Positions 9,350 to 21,469 are shown, counted from the first letter of the stretch. The stretch: DNA of 33,415 bases from Nitrososphaeraceae archaeon (GCA_035297365.1 DATGZA010000005.1:1-33415); one strand, 5' to 3'. Numbers and translations are program-made. Notes: a model not told the origin generated them from the sequence alone.

Positions 9350-10453
9350 TTGTATAATAATATTTTTAATACTAAACCAACTATCGCTTTAGAAAAGGTT
9401 TTAGCTGGAGAAGAATTATCCTATAACGATGGTATTCAGTTATTTAAAGAAAACTTGTTCTTATTGGGTTCAGCTGCTGATATTATCCGAAAGACAAAAA
9501 ATGGGAATATTGTTACATTTACATCATCATATTATCTAAATTACACTAATGTTTGTATTGCAAGCTGTCCTCTGTGTGCATTTTATAGAAAGGGAAGCGA
9601 GGATGATGCGTATACTCTTACAACTGAACAGATCGTTGAACGTGCTAGAGTAGCTATTAAACAAATGGGAGTAACTGAATTACACATAGTTGGAGGATTT
9701 CACCCAAAACTTGGACTTGATTATTACGAAAAAATGATAAAAAGTATTAAAAATGAATTTCCTAATGTCACGATTAAAGCACTAACACCTGCAGAAATTT
9801 TTTTTATATCTAAATTAACAAAAAATTCAGTTAAGGAAATACTAAATAGATTAAAAAGTTCTGGTTTGGATGCACTTCCTGGTGGCGGAGCAGAAATTTT
9901 CAGTCCCGAAGTTAGGAATAGAATTGTAAGAGGGAAATGTTCAGGCGACGAGTGGTTAGATACCGCTAGACAGGCTCATGAAGTCGGGTTAAAAACTAAT
10001 TCCACCATGCTTTTTGGTCATATTGAAAAACCAGAACATATTGTTGATCATATTATTAAAATAAGAGATCTACATAAAAAAACCAATGGATTTAACACCT
10101 TTATTCCGCTAAAATTTAGTTTAGATAATACTGAAATTGAAAAAAATGGAGAAATTAAAAGAGAAAGTTCATCTGTATATGATCTTAGGGTTATTGCAGT
10201 ATCAAGACTTTTATTAGCAAATACTTTAAACAATATTTCTGTTTATTGGGTAGCATTAGGAAAAAAAATAGCTCAAGTTGCATTATCCTATGGTGGAAAT
10301 GATTTTGTTGGTACTGCATTTTCAGAAGAAATCTTTCGTGCAGCCGGAAAGAATAGTGGTACTTCTATGGAAGAATTAGCGAGTTTGGTTAGAGAGGTAA
10401 ATAGACAACCAGCTCAGAGAGATACATTTTTTAATATTATAAAGAATTATTGA
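9350..10453 (+). CDS. mqnE: Aminofutalosine synthase (radical SAM)
   Basis: NYTNVCIASCPLCAF, HIVGGFHP, PGGGAEIF, TMLFGHIE, FIPLKF, YWVALG; adjacent to mqnC and mqnD. Confidence 0.85.
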   Translation: MYNNIFNTKPTIALEKVLAGEELSYNDGIQLFKENLFLLGSAADIIRKTKNGNIVTFTSSYYLNYTNVCIASCPLCAFYRKGSEDDAYTLTTEQIVERARVAIKQMGVTELHIVGGFHPKLGLDYYEKMIKSIKNEFPNVTIKALTPAEIFFISKLTKNSVKEILNRLKSSGLDALPGGGAEIFSPEVRNRIVRGKCSGDEWLDTARQAHEVGLKTNSTMLFGHIEKPEHIVDHIIKIRDLHKKTNGFNTFIPLKFSLDNTEIEKNGEIKRESSSVYDLRVIAVSRLLLANTLNNISVYWVALGKKIAQVALSYGGNDFVGTAFSEEIFRAAGKNSGTSMEELASLVREVNRQPAQRDTFFNIIKNY

Positions 10454-10734
10454 TTTTTGAATATTTTGTTAAACAATAACAAAGATTGATAGTAAGTTAC
10501 AGTTTTTTTTTATATGACTTGTATGTTATTAATATGACAATAAAATAGAAATAAAATAAATGTTCAAATTTATATCAATTCAATCTTTGGATGTATTTTT
10601 TGTGAAACTTGTAAAAAATAGTGAATTTGTATAGGCAAAAGCTGAAACTAATTACATTAATGATAAATTCTTATTCAATAGTGTTCAGATTATGATCTTT
10701 CTCGATTTTATGATAATGAAAAGAACATTTTGCC

Positions 10735-11577
10735 TCATGCAAAATAGACAGAGAATGGCGATAAAATATGTTTTTCAATAGCTAGATCAAAGACCTTTTC
10801 AATTGCTTGTTTTCCCTTATCCCCCATATCAATTGTGACGTCATTTACGTACATATTAACAAATTTTGAGATCGTATTTTGTACTTGTCCTCTTCCATAT
10901 TTCATCGCGTAGTTTAGAGTTTCTTGCATATTATTAAGACCGTAAATAATAGATTTTTTAAACAAAGTATCGAATTCCCGTATTTGTCTTAATGTTAAAG
11001 ATTTATTACTTGCAACGTTGATACCTAGTGGAACTGGTAAACCATTCGTTATATTATGCCACCACACGCCCAGATCAATAATTTTACAAAGTTTTAAATG
11101 TTCATATGCTATTTGTATTTCATGAATTACAACACCTGCATCAACTTCGTTATTAATTATTGCATCAGGAATTAAATGAAATGGTATTTCCTTTACGTTG
11201 AAATTATTTAGATTCAAATTATTTAGAAAGAGAGATAGCAATAGATATGCTGAAGTCATTTTTCCCGGAATTGCTATTGTTTTTTTAGTTAATTCTTCTT
11301 GAGAAAAATCTTTTTTTGCAAGAATAATAGGACCATAGTTTATTCCAAAACTGCCCCCACTTCTTAATATAACATAATCCTTCAAGAAAGCATAGGCATG
11401 AACCGAGATAGCAGTAATATCTAACTCATGGTTAACCGCACGTTTGTTGAGTTTTTCTATATCTTCAATCACATGAGCAATACGGAATTCATTGGAATCA
11501 ACTTTTCCACTTGCTAAGCCGTAGAACATAAAAGCATCGTCTGAATCTGGCGTATGGCCTAAAGTAATATCAATCAT
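10735..11577 (-). CDS. mqnD: 1,4-dihydroxy-6-naphthoate synthase
   Basis: LGHTPDSDDAFMFY, DIEKLN, SGGSFGINYGP, PGKMTSA, VIHE, DLGVWW...LPVPLG, MYVN. Confidence 0.92.
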   Translation of the reverse strand: MIDITLGHTPDSDDAFMFYGLASGKVDSNEFRIAHVIEDIEKLNKRAVNHELDITAISVHAYAFLKDYVILRSGGSFGINYGPIILAKKDFSQEELTKKTIAIPGKMTSAYLLLSLFLNNLNLNNFNVKEIPFHLIPDAIINNEVDAGVVIHEIQIAYEHLKLCKIIDLGVWWHNITNGLPVPLGINVASNKSLTLRQIREFDTLFKKSIIYGLNNMQETLNYAMKYGRGQVQNTISKFVNMYVNDVTIDMGDKGKQAIEKVFDLAIEKHILSPFSVYFA

Positions 11578-11692
11578 TTATTTAATTTGACACTGTTTAC
11601 GATTTCTCCTTCTATTAATAAATAGTTTGGTAAAACATTCAAATGTATATATTTATAAAATTTATTTATATTACTTAGTATTAATTTAATTA

Positions 11693-11983
11693 ATGAATAA
11701 TAAAAGTTTTTTATACCAACAACTAAAATGGATTGCAATATATTTTGTAATAAGTTTTATTATCTCAATAATAGTACCTTTTCCTTATTCTTTAATAGTT
11801 ATAGTTTCAATAGTTTTAATTCTTAGTATATATATACGAAGAAGAGAAATGGCAAGATTTAAAGTAGACAATTTTTCAATGTTTGATTCTAATAAAGTAA
11901 ATTATTATTGTATGATGTGTGATACAAAACATAATAATCTAATGTGTCCAAAATGTGGTTCAAAAATGAAACGGATAGGTTAG
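11693..11983 (+). CDS. Small membrane protein with C-terminal zinc ribbon
   Basis: Two TM helices followed by YYCMMC...CPKCGSKM. Confidence 0.75.
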   Translation: MNNKSFLYQQLKWIAIYFVISFIISIIVPFPYSLIVIVSIVLILSIYIRRREMARFKVDNFSMFDSNKVNYYCMMCDTKHNNLMCPKCGSKMKRIG

Positions 11984-12148
11984 TATTCTGAATGTTCATA
12001 AATAATTTCATCATGGTTATTGATTACAAACAATATCATGAAAGTTTTGTATAGAAATAAATTCCATGAAATATACCAGTATTATGATATAGTAATACCT
12101 TACTTAAGCCTAATATAATTCAAAATATTATGATCATTCGTACTATAA

Positions 12149-12448
12149 TTGATTAGAAAAAAAATATACCTTTCATTATTCGTAAGTTTATTACTATTAG
12201 TTGGTTTCGATATTTCGTTATTTAACAATTTAGCATATGGTGAAGTGGATGATGGCGGTAGCAAGGATGATGGCGGTAGCAAGGATGAAAATGATGGAAA
12301 TAATGACGACGAAGATATTTCGCTAGATGAATTATTTGGAAGTGACGATGCTGAAGATAAAAAAGATGCTAAAGATAAAAAAGATGCTAAAGATAAAAAT
12401 AATGATGTGCCTTTTATTCTACCATTTAATGCAGTACCATTTCCATAA
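12149..12448 (+). CDS. Secreted acidic low-complexity protein with Pro/Phe-rich C-terminus
   Basis: Signal peptide ending A-Y-G; D/K repeats; terminal VPFILPFNAVPFP. Confidence 0.75.
   Translation: MIRKKIYLSLFVSLLLLVGFDISLFNNLAYGEVDDGGSKDDGGSKDENDGNNDDEDISLDELFGSDDAEDKKDAKDKKDAKDKNNDVPFILPFNAVPFP
12248..12400 (+). repeat. Two 18-bp coding tandem repeats
   Basis: gatgatggcggtagcaag x2 (12248-12283, DDGGSK) and gatgct(g/a)aagataaaaa(a/t) x3 (12347-12400, DA(E/K)DK(K/N)). Confidence 0.9.
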
Positions 12449-12540
12449 AATTCAAATAGAATTATATTATAAAGTCTGTAATTAGATTTTTAATTATTAT
12501 TGTAAGGTTTAATATCAGGATTAGCCGACTTGCAATACAG

Positions 12541-12657
12541 GCGGGGGTTGTAGAGCCTGGCCAAATAAAAAACAGTTTGGAGACGCGGGACTTAAGATCT
12601 AAAAAATGTGGGATCCCGTCCTTTAGCGGTTCGTGGGTTCAAATCCCACCCCCCGCA
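12541..12657 (+). tRNA. tRNA-Leu(UAA) with two 16-nt introns
   Basis: Acceptor stem GCGGGGG/CCCCCGC plus A73; T-arm GTGGG-TTCAAAT-CCCAC; anticodon TAA at 12593-12595; long variable arm. Removing 12567-12582 and about 12597-12612 gives an 85-nt type II tRNA. No encoded CCA. Confidence 0.92.
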
Positions 12658-12685
12658 TTTGCATTTTAATAAATCAATTCAATTT

Positions 12686-13315
12686 TTAGGTTTTTTTAAA
12701 GCCTAAAACTTTTTTTACAAATAATTCATGCATTCTACTATCAGATGATAATTCCGGATGAAAAGAGGTGGCAAGAATATTATCTTGGTTTACTGCCACT
12801 ATTTTATCATCAAATGAGGAAATAATATTAACATTATCTTGTATATCAGTAATTATTGGAGCCCTGATAAAGATTCCTTTGAAAGGAGTCTTTCCCAAGA
12901 CTGGGATTTCAAGATTCATTTCAAATGAATTATGTTGTCTTCCAAATGCATTTCGTTCTACAACAACATTCAATACTTCCAATAACTGTTGTCTTGTTTC
13001 CCCAACCACTTTATCGTATGCCCTTTTGGATAACATGATCAAACCTGCACATGTACCCATAACTGGTAGTCCTTCTGAAACTCGTTTTTTTATTGTTTGA
13101 AACATTTGACCGTTATAAAGACAAACTAAATTTCCTATAACAGTACTTTCTCCCCCAGGCAATATCAAACCATCCAAATTTTCAATCGATTCTGAATGAC
13201 GGATTGACCGTACTATTCCATTTAAATCCATATTCTTTAATGCCTCCTTTGTAGAAATAATATTTTCCTCTATGTCACCTTGAAAGCCGAGAACACCTAT
13301 GTTTATTTCACTCAA
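12686..13315 (-). CDS. pdxT: Pyridoxal 5'-phosphate synthase glutaminase subunit
   Basis: [40 protein letters not shown]. Confidence 0.96.
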   Translation of the reverse strand: MSEINIGVLGFQGDIEENIISTKEALKNMDLNGIVRSIRHSESIENLDGLILPGGESTVIGNLVCLYNGQMFQTIKKRVSEGLPVMGTCAGLIMLSKRAYDKVVGETRQQLLEVLNVVVERNAFGRQHNSFEMNLEIPVLGKTPFKGIFIRAPIITDIQDNVNIISSFDDKIVAVNQDNILATSFHPELSSDSRMHELFVKKVLGFKKT

Positions 13316-14283
13316 ATTGGTGGACCTCTTTCTTGCATCCGTAATTCAAGGTTTTTTGTATCTAAACCTAAAAGAGATTTTCTTTCATCAACCATTTTTT
13401 GAGCTTCCATTACGACTTTTGGATCGTCGTAATAGGTTGTAGCTAGAACGATTGCTCTAGCTCGCTGGTCTGGGTCTTCTGCCTTAAAAATACCTGAACC
13501 TACAAAAACACCATCACAACCATAATTCATAACTAAAGCAGCATCTGCAGGTGTAGCTATACCGCCAGCTGCAAAATTTACAACAGGTAGCCTAGAAAGT
13601 CTTGCGGTTTCTTTAACTAAGGTGTATGAAACTTTTAAATCTCGCGCAAAACTAATTAATTGAAGATCATCGTTTCTCTGGAATATAGAATTTACTTTTC
13701 TAATATCATTATTTACATTTTTTATATGTCTAACTGCCTCTGCTATATTTCCTGTTCCTGGTTCTCCCTTTGTTCTAATCATAGAACTTCCTTCTTCTAT
13801 TCGACGTAAAGCTTCTGCAAGATTCTTTGCACCATTAACAAATGGAGTAGTAAAATCCCATTTCCAGATATGATTTTCCTCATCTGCCGGAGTAAGGACC
13901 TCACTTTCATCTATCATATCTACACCAACAGCTTCTAACATCCTTGCCTCTGAAATATGGCCTATTCTACATTTAGCCATGATTGGAATTGTAATTTCAT
14001 CCATTATCTCTTCTATAATTTTTATACTGGCAGTTCTTGCTACTCCTCCGACCTTTCTGACATCATATGGTAATTTATCTAAAACCATAACCGCTACGGC
14101 TCCGGCATCCTCTGCTATATGTGCTTGTTCTACTGTAGTGACGTCCATGATTACTCCATGTTTTTGCATATGAGCAAAGCCTCGTTTTACTAGTGTTGTT
14201 CCTTGAACTGACTGTCCATTTTTTAAATTCTTGAATTTAAGGCCCTTGGGCTCTAATTCGGTTGCCACAAGAGATATAGTCAT
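13312..14283 (-). CDS. pdxS: Pyridoxal 5'-phosphate synthase lyase subunit
   Basis: [57 protein letters not shown]; 4-bp overlap with pdxT. Confidence 0.97.
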   Translation of the reverse strand: MTISLVATELEPKGLKFKNLKNGQSVQGTTLVKRGFAHMQKHGVIMDVTTVEQAHIAEDAGAVAVMVLDKLPYDVRKVGGVARTASIKIIEEIMDEITIPIMAKCRIGHISEARMLEAVGVDMIDESEVLTPADEENHIWKWDFTTPFVNGAKNLAEALRRIEEGSSMIRTKGEPGTGNIAEAVRHIKNVNNDIRKVNSIFQRNDDLQLISFARDLKVSYTLVKETARLSRLPVVNFAAGGIATPADAALVMNYGCDGVFVGSGIFKAEDPDQRARAIVLATTYYDDPKVVMEAQKMVDERKSLLGLDTKNLELRMQERGPPI

Positions 14284-14588
14284 GTTTTAAAATTATTAAA
14301 AAAGCATCTATTATAGGTTTAGTTTTTAAATATAGCATTAATTCAAGGATTATTGTTTTGATATGTTTTTTGGATAATATTCAATATTATAATTATAATA
14401 TTATATACATCATTATTATTAAGTATAGACAAAGGATAGAGACAAAGGATAGAAATTTATTTCTGATGAGAGTCACAATCTTGCTAACGACTTTTATAAA
14501 ATAGCAAAATAATATAAATAATTATTGAGCAATTCAAAGTTATGATATAAAAATATAAAAATTTACGCTATACGATAAGAAAAATTAA

Positions 14589-15302
14589 TTAAGTTCTAAT
14601 ATAGTCGGTCAATCCGTATATTGGTTGCCCTAGATAATCATCATCTATTATTTTTGGTTGTAAAATAATACTAATTGTATTTCTTTGTAAAATCAAATAG
14701 AGATCAACATCGATGATGTCATTTGGGGTAATTATCTGTGCTTTGCCTTTTATGATATTATTTTCAGTTTCTGACAATCGTATTGGAGTATCAGTTTCGT
14801 CTATGAAATTAAGAATTTCGTACGTATGAGGAGAAATTCCATCTTTAGAAATTTTAGATATCTTGGCAGTGAAAGAGATTATTTCTCCATTTTTTACATC
14901 TAAGATCCAACTACCATTAAGAATCAAAAACTTTTCCATATTATTATAATTTTTATTATCCGCTATTTCAGAATTTGGGAGTAATTCATCTAACGTAAAC
15001 TTTGACTCCTGATTTATGAGTATGTCCATAAGACTGGATGTAACGAGATCAACTACATCGGTATTTTTTTCCTTTGTCTTGAAAGGTAATAAATTGGAAA
15101 TACTGTCATCATGTTCTATTTGATTTTGGTCTCCTAATATTATCAATGAAAACAGAGAACCATTTACATAAAAAGAGGTATTGTTATTATTTCCTAACAG
15201 AGAAGATAAATTGAAAAATGGAAGTGAATTCTCAAAATACAGAAATTTGAATACTATTAAAAATGAAAGAGTAATAACAAATAAAATGATAAACCATTTC
15301 AT
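14589..15302 (-). CDS. Membrane-anchored or secreted hypothetical protein
   Basis: 237-aa ORF with an N-terminal hydrophobic segment and a beta-rich-looking C-terminal region. Confidence 0.75.
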   Translation of the reverse strand: MKWFIILFVITLSFLIVFKFLYFENSLPFFNLSSLLGNNNNTSFYVNGSLFSLIILGDQNQIEHDDSISNLLPFKTKEKNTDVVDLVTSSLMDILINQESKFTLDELLPNSEIADNKNYNNMEKFLILNGSWILDVKNGEIISFTAKISKISKDGISPHTYEILNFIDETDTPIRLSETENNIIKGKAQIITPNDIIDVDLYLILQRNTISIILQPKIIDDDYLGQPIYGLTDYIRT

Positions 15303-15369
15303 CGGGTAATTATTTTCATATTTCTAATACTATTAAGTTTATAGCACTACTGATAGATAAAGTTGGTCA

Positions 15370-15741
15370 CTATTTAATATTATCAGATTCTAATTTAGTT
15401 AGATTATATCTTATTTCATTATTTCGCCAAACCATCTCTTTTATTTGATCATCACTGAAATCAATATCCCATGAACCTAAAATTGTGTTTATTATTTCAG
15501 ATGCATTATAAAGCATGTTCCAATATGGATGATGCTCAGCTGTTGTATAAGAGAGTTCTAGAATGTCTTTTAAGCCATTTTTTGCACTTCCTAACATATT
15601 GAAATTGGACGTATATAATCCCAAGAAACCAGACTCTTTCTCCATCTTTATTTTAACATCAATTCCATCATTTTTTAATTCGTTAACTAGAGAAAAAAGT
15701 TTTTCATAAATAATATCAAATTCCAAATTTTTAGATGACAT
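15370..15741 (-). CDS. Hypothetical soluble protein downstream of amoB
   Basis: 123-aa ORF with ATG start and a YTTAEHHPYW motif; TATA-like element about 25 nt upstream. Confidence 0.8.
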   Translation of the reverse strand: MSSKNLEFDIIYEKLFSLVNELKNDGIDVKIKMEKESGFLGLYTSNFNMLGSAKNGLKDILELSYTTAEHHPYWNMLYNASEIINTILGSWDIDFSDDQIKEMVWRNNEIRYNLTKLESDNIK

Positions 15742-15952
15742 ATAAAAAATATTATTATCTATCTATATAATCCTTAAAAAATATTTATTAAGAAAATTGA
15801 ATGATATAATTAAAAATAAATTGTATCATTAAAATAATGTAACAAGCGTACAATAAAAATATTAATCGTTATGGTTGGTAATTATGACTATTATTACCGA
15901 AATAAAATACAAACACAATAAGATATCTTACAAATAAAAAAAATAGGTTGTT

Positions 15953-16510
15953 TTAAATTACTTGCCACGGTCTAGTCGCAAAAGTTACTCCTAATCCAGC
16001 ACCTATAAGTATTACCTGATACCAAACGTTTTGCCACGGAACTGGTTTCAATATTGCTTCTCCACTTACTTGTACAGTCTGTCCCGGACCTAACCCTGGA
16101 CCTACTGATGCTACGTTCAACTGTGTATGTACGTGGTATACACCCGGTTCCAGAGCTTTTGCGGTGACTGTGTATGGAATTGTAGCCTGAGGTTGAATCT
16201 CAAAAACATTTCCTGGTGGATCCCTCGATGTGAATTCCCACCTATTACCTGCATTTGTGGATTCGCTAAAGAGCGATATCCATGCTCTAAGTGGTCTATT
16301 TACTAGACTTTGTAAAGTTCCTGTTACAGTCAGTTCTTCACCTGTCTGTAGTGTTTGTGCTGAAAATGCTTCATCTTGAATTCTTACAAATCTACTTTGA
16401 AGCTGAGCTTGCACACCATGACCTTCTGCATCTTTAATTGGAATAATGGTAACTGCAGTGGACATCACAATAACTATGGCAATAGTTACAGCTAATGCAC
16501 TTTTCATCAT
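15953..16510 (-). CDS. amoB: Ammonia monooxygenase subunit B
   Basis: Signal peptide then HGVQAQLQSRF, NAGNRWE, GVYHVHTQLNV and a C-terminal TM ending FATRPWQVI. Confidence 0.97.
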   Translation of the reverse strand: MMKSALAVTIAIVIVMSTAVTIIPIKDAEGHGVQAQLQSRFVRIQDEAFSAQTLQTGEELTVTGTLQSLVNRPLRAWISLFSESTNAGNRWEFTSRDPPGNVFEIQPQATIPYTVTAKALEPGVYHVHTQLNVASVGPGLGPGQTVQVSGEAILKPVPWQNVWYQVILIGAGLGVTFATRPWQVI

Positions 16511-16604
16511 ATTCGTATAGTAGGGAAGATGAATAACATGGATATATATTTTGCTGTTTTTTCTTTTACTCTAATCTGTGATTCTCTCTGCAATCAGGTT
16601 ATTA

Positions 16605-16630
16605 GCATAAATTTGTACTCAATTTTATGC
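16605..16630. promoter_or_regulatory. Imperfect inverted repeat between the divergent amoB and amoX promoters (candidate operator)
   Basis: GCATAAATTTG-TACT-CAATTTTATGC; 10 of 11 arm positions are complementary. Confidence 0.45.
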
Positions 16631-16660
16631 ACATTTTTTATATTAAAAAATATTAATAAA

Positions 16661-16676
16661 TAGCAAAATTTAAAAA
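16661..16676 (+). promoter_or_regulatory. BRE/TATA box of amoX (probably leaderless)
   Basis: TAGCAAAA-TTTAAAAA with the TATA 32 to 25 nt upstream of ATG 16701. Confidence 0.55.
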
Positions 16677-16700
16677 GGCAGATCGAGACATACATATTAA

Positions 16701-16997
16701 ATGACTTTACCAAAAGGATACACTAGCGGTGGCGGAAGAGTTGCTGGTGGAAATCGTGATGAAATAGAACGTATGATCGGTCGTAGAGTTGAAAACATGA
16801 GAGGAATTTTCATATTAGGCTTCATTTTATGTTGGATCGCTACTGCAGGTGGTATATATGTTGGTGTAACTGTATATCCATGGGCATACCCTTTACCTAG
16901 TGGAATGTTTGCATTATCAGTACTTACTGTCATAGAAGTATTGGGAATTATCTTTATTATGAAAGTTGCAGGCGAAAAGATGCCAGTCCGTCCATAA
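16701..16997 (+). CDS. amoX: Ammonia monooxygenase subunit X
   Basis: 98 aa, two TM helices, MIGRRVENMRG and YPWAYP, directly upstream of amoA in the same orientation. Confidence 0.9.
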   Translation: MTLPKGYTSGGGRVAGGNRDEIERMIGRRVENMRGIFILGFILCWIATAGGIYVGVTVYPWAYPLPSGMFALSVLTVIEVLGIIFIMKVAGEKMPVRP

Positions 16998-17122
16998 ACA
17001 ATTTTTTCATTAACCTTAATTTTTTATTTTAATAATACGATTTTCTTCTAGATTTTCTATAAATATACATAAATTATATATTAAATACTGTATATTTGGA
17101 TACAAATTATTTCAAATAAAAA

Positions 17123-17138
17123 AATAAAATTTTATATA
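17123..17138 (+). promoter_or_regulatory. BRE/TATA box of amoA
   Basis: A-rich BRE followed by TTTATATA at 17131-17138, 31 to 24 nt upstream of ATG 17162. Confidence 0.6.
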
Positions 17139-17161
17139 CAACAATCATGCGTACGTTGTTA

Positions 17162-17812
17162 ATGGTCTGGCTACGACGTACAACGCACTATCTATTCATA
17201 GTGGTCGTTGCTGTTAACAGTACATTATTAACAATCAATGCGGGTGACTATATCTTCTATACCGATTGGGCTTGGACTTCGTTTGTCGTGTTTTCTATTT
17301 CACAATCTACTATGCTTGTGGTAGGAGCGATTTATTATATGCTCTTTACCGGAGTTCCAGGTACAGCGACATACTATGCTACAATTATGACAATATATAC
17401 ATGGGTTGCAAAAGGTGCATGGTTCGCTTTGGGATATCCATACGATTTCATAGTAGTACCAGTTTGGATCCCTTCAGCAATGCTATTAGACCTCACATAT
17501 TGGGCAACAAGAAGAAACAAACATGCTGCAATTCTAATTGGTGGAACACTAGTAGGAATGTCTCTTCCAGTATTTAATATGATAAATCTCTTGCTGGTAA
17601 AGGATCCGTTAGAAATGGCATTCAAATATCCTCGGCCCACGTTGCCTCCGTATATGACACCAATTGAACCCCAGGTCGGTAAATTCTATAATAGTCCGGT
17701 GGCTTTAGGTGCTGGAGCTGGTGCGGTACTTTGTGTCCCAATAGCGGCATTAGGTGCTAAACTAAATACTTGGACTTATAGATGGATGGCAGCCTGGAGT
17801 AAATGGGATTAA
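17162..17812 (+). CDS. amoA: Ammonia monooxygenase subunit A (216 aa)
   Basis: MVWLRRTTHYLFIVVVAVNSTLLTINAGDYIFYTDWAWTSF...YRWMAAWSKWD, the canonical archaeal AmoA. Start placed at ATG 17162 by the known N-terminus and TATA spacing. Confidence 0.99.
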   Translation: MVWLRRTTHYLFIVVVAVNSTLLTINAGDYIFYTDWAWTSFVVFSISQSTMLVVGAIYYMLFTGVPGTATYYATIMTIYTWVAKGAWFALGYPYDFIVVPVWIPSAMLLDLTYWATRRNKHAAILIGGTLVGMSLPVFNMINLLLVKDPLEMAFKYPRPTLPPYMTPIEPQVGKFYNSPVALGAGAGAVLCVPIAALGAKLNTWTYRWMAAWSKWD

Positions 17813-17818
17813 AAATCC

Positions 17819-17851
17819 TTCATTTTTTCTTTTAATTTTTTGCATTTTTTA
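17819..17851 (+). terminator. Oligo-T archaeal terminator of amoA
   Basis: Several consecutive T-tracts just after the TAA stop. Confidence 0.55.
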
Positions 17852-17876
17852 TCTTTAAAAGCTACTCAATTAGATA

Positions 17877-18310
17877 TTAATAATTATCCGAATATCTTAG
17901 GGTTAACTCTTGTCTATCTTTATCGATCTTTATGTGATATGTTCTTGAAATAGTCTTTTTTACGACATGTAACATAGTTTCATAAATATTATATTGATTG
18001 TACGAAAGCTTGAAATATCGATGTTTATATTGTTTTTGAACGTCGTTCCTATGTTTACAAATAGTATGCGTCTGGCTAGATCTCAATTCTTCCCTTATTT
18101 AGGGTAATATAACATTGTGACATCATATACAATCCCAGTACATCTGCTAGTATTATAACATATACTTCTTTTCTCTATTGACTTTAGCATCTGCTAATGC
18201 CTTGACCCGTAATTTAATGGATGCTACTTCTATGTTATAACCCTCATCTTGTAAAAGATCGTATAGATATCTATAATAGCTGCAACCTGATTATATACAT
18301 TTTTGCAGAG
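17877..18310 (-). mobile_element. Decayed IS110-family transposase pseudogene
   Basis: Fragments across frames: *SGCSYYRYLYDLLQDEGYNIEVA...VKALADAKVNREK, ILADVLGLYMMSQCYI, DLARRILFVNIGTTFKNNI. These parallel the IS110 DEDD domain (ES..YW..LYD.L...G....A.P..VKAIA.AK.KTDK.DA.ILA.LL......YIP....LRDL.R.R......T..KN.I). Confidence 0.7.
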
Positions 18311-18357
18311 TATTAATAGTGGTTTTCGTCTTAAATTTTAGGTCTGTCGAACACTAC

Positions 18358-21265
<2,908 letters not shown>

Positions 21266-21316
21266 TTAGTACTTAATTGGTATGCCTTTCTATTAATAGT
21301 TTAAAAAATATTTTTA

Positions 21317-21469
21317 TTACTCGCCTGTAGCTGCATCAAATAAACAACATTCGCATGAACTTGTTTCACCACAATATGGACAAACACACATACACATTTC
21401 TATATGATTTCCACAACTTTCGCATGAATTTGTTTCGTTGTTTTCTATCTTTTTTTTATTGTCGTCCAT
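21317..21469 (-). CDS. Cys-rich microprotein (50 aa, 9 Cys), metallothionein-like
   Basis: Manual translation: MDDNKKKIENNETNSCESCGNHIEMCMCVCPYCGETSSCECCLFDAATGE*. Below the ORF-track size cutoff; ends 51 bp upstream of the OFOR alpha start on the same strand. Confidence 0.8.
   Translation of the reverse strand: MDDNKKKIENNETNSCESCGNHIEMCMCVCPYCGETSSCECCLFDAATGE

Noticed and set aside
17147-17161. N-terminal extension MRTLL on AmoA
   Set aside because: ATG 17147 is too close to the TATA box to be transcribed; the canonical MVWLRR start is at 17162.
17877-18086. 69-aa ORF as a real gene downstream of amoA
   Set aside because: It overlaps the frameshifted IS110 remnant and is largely an alternative frame of it.
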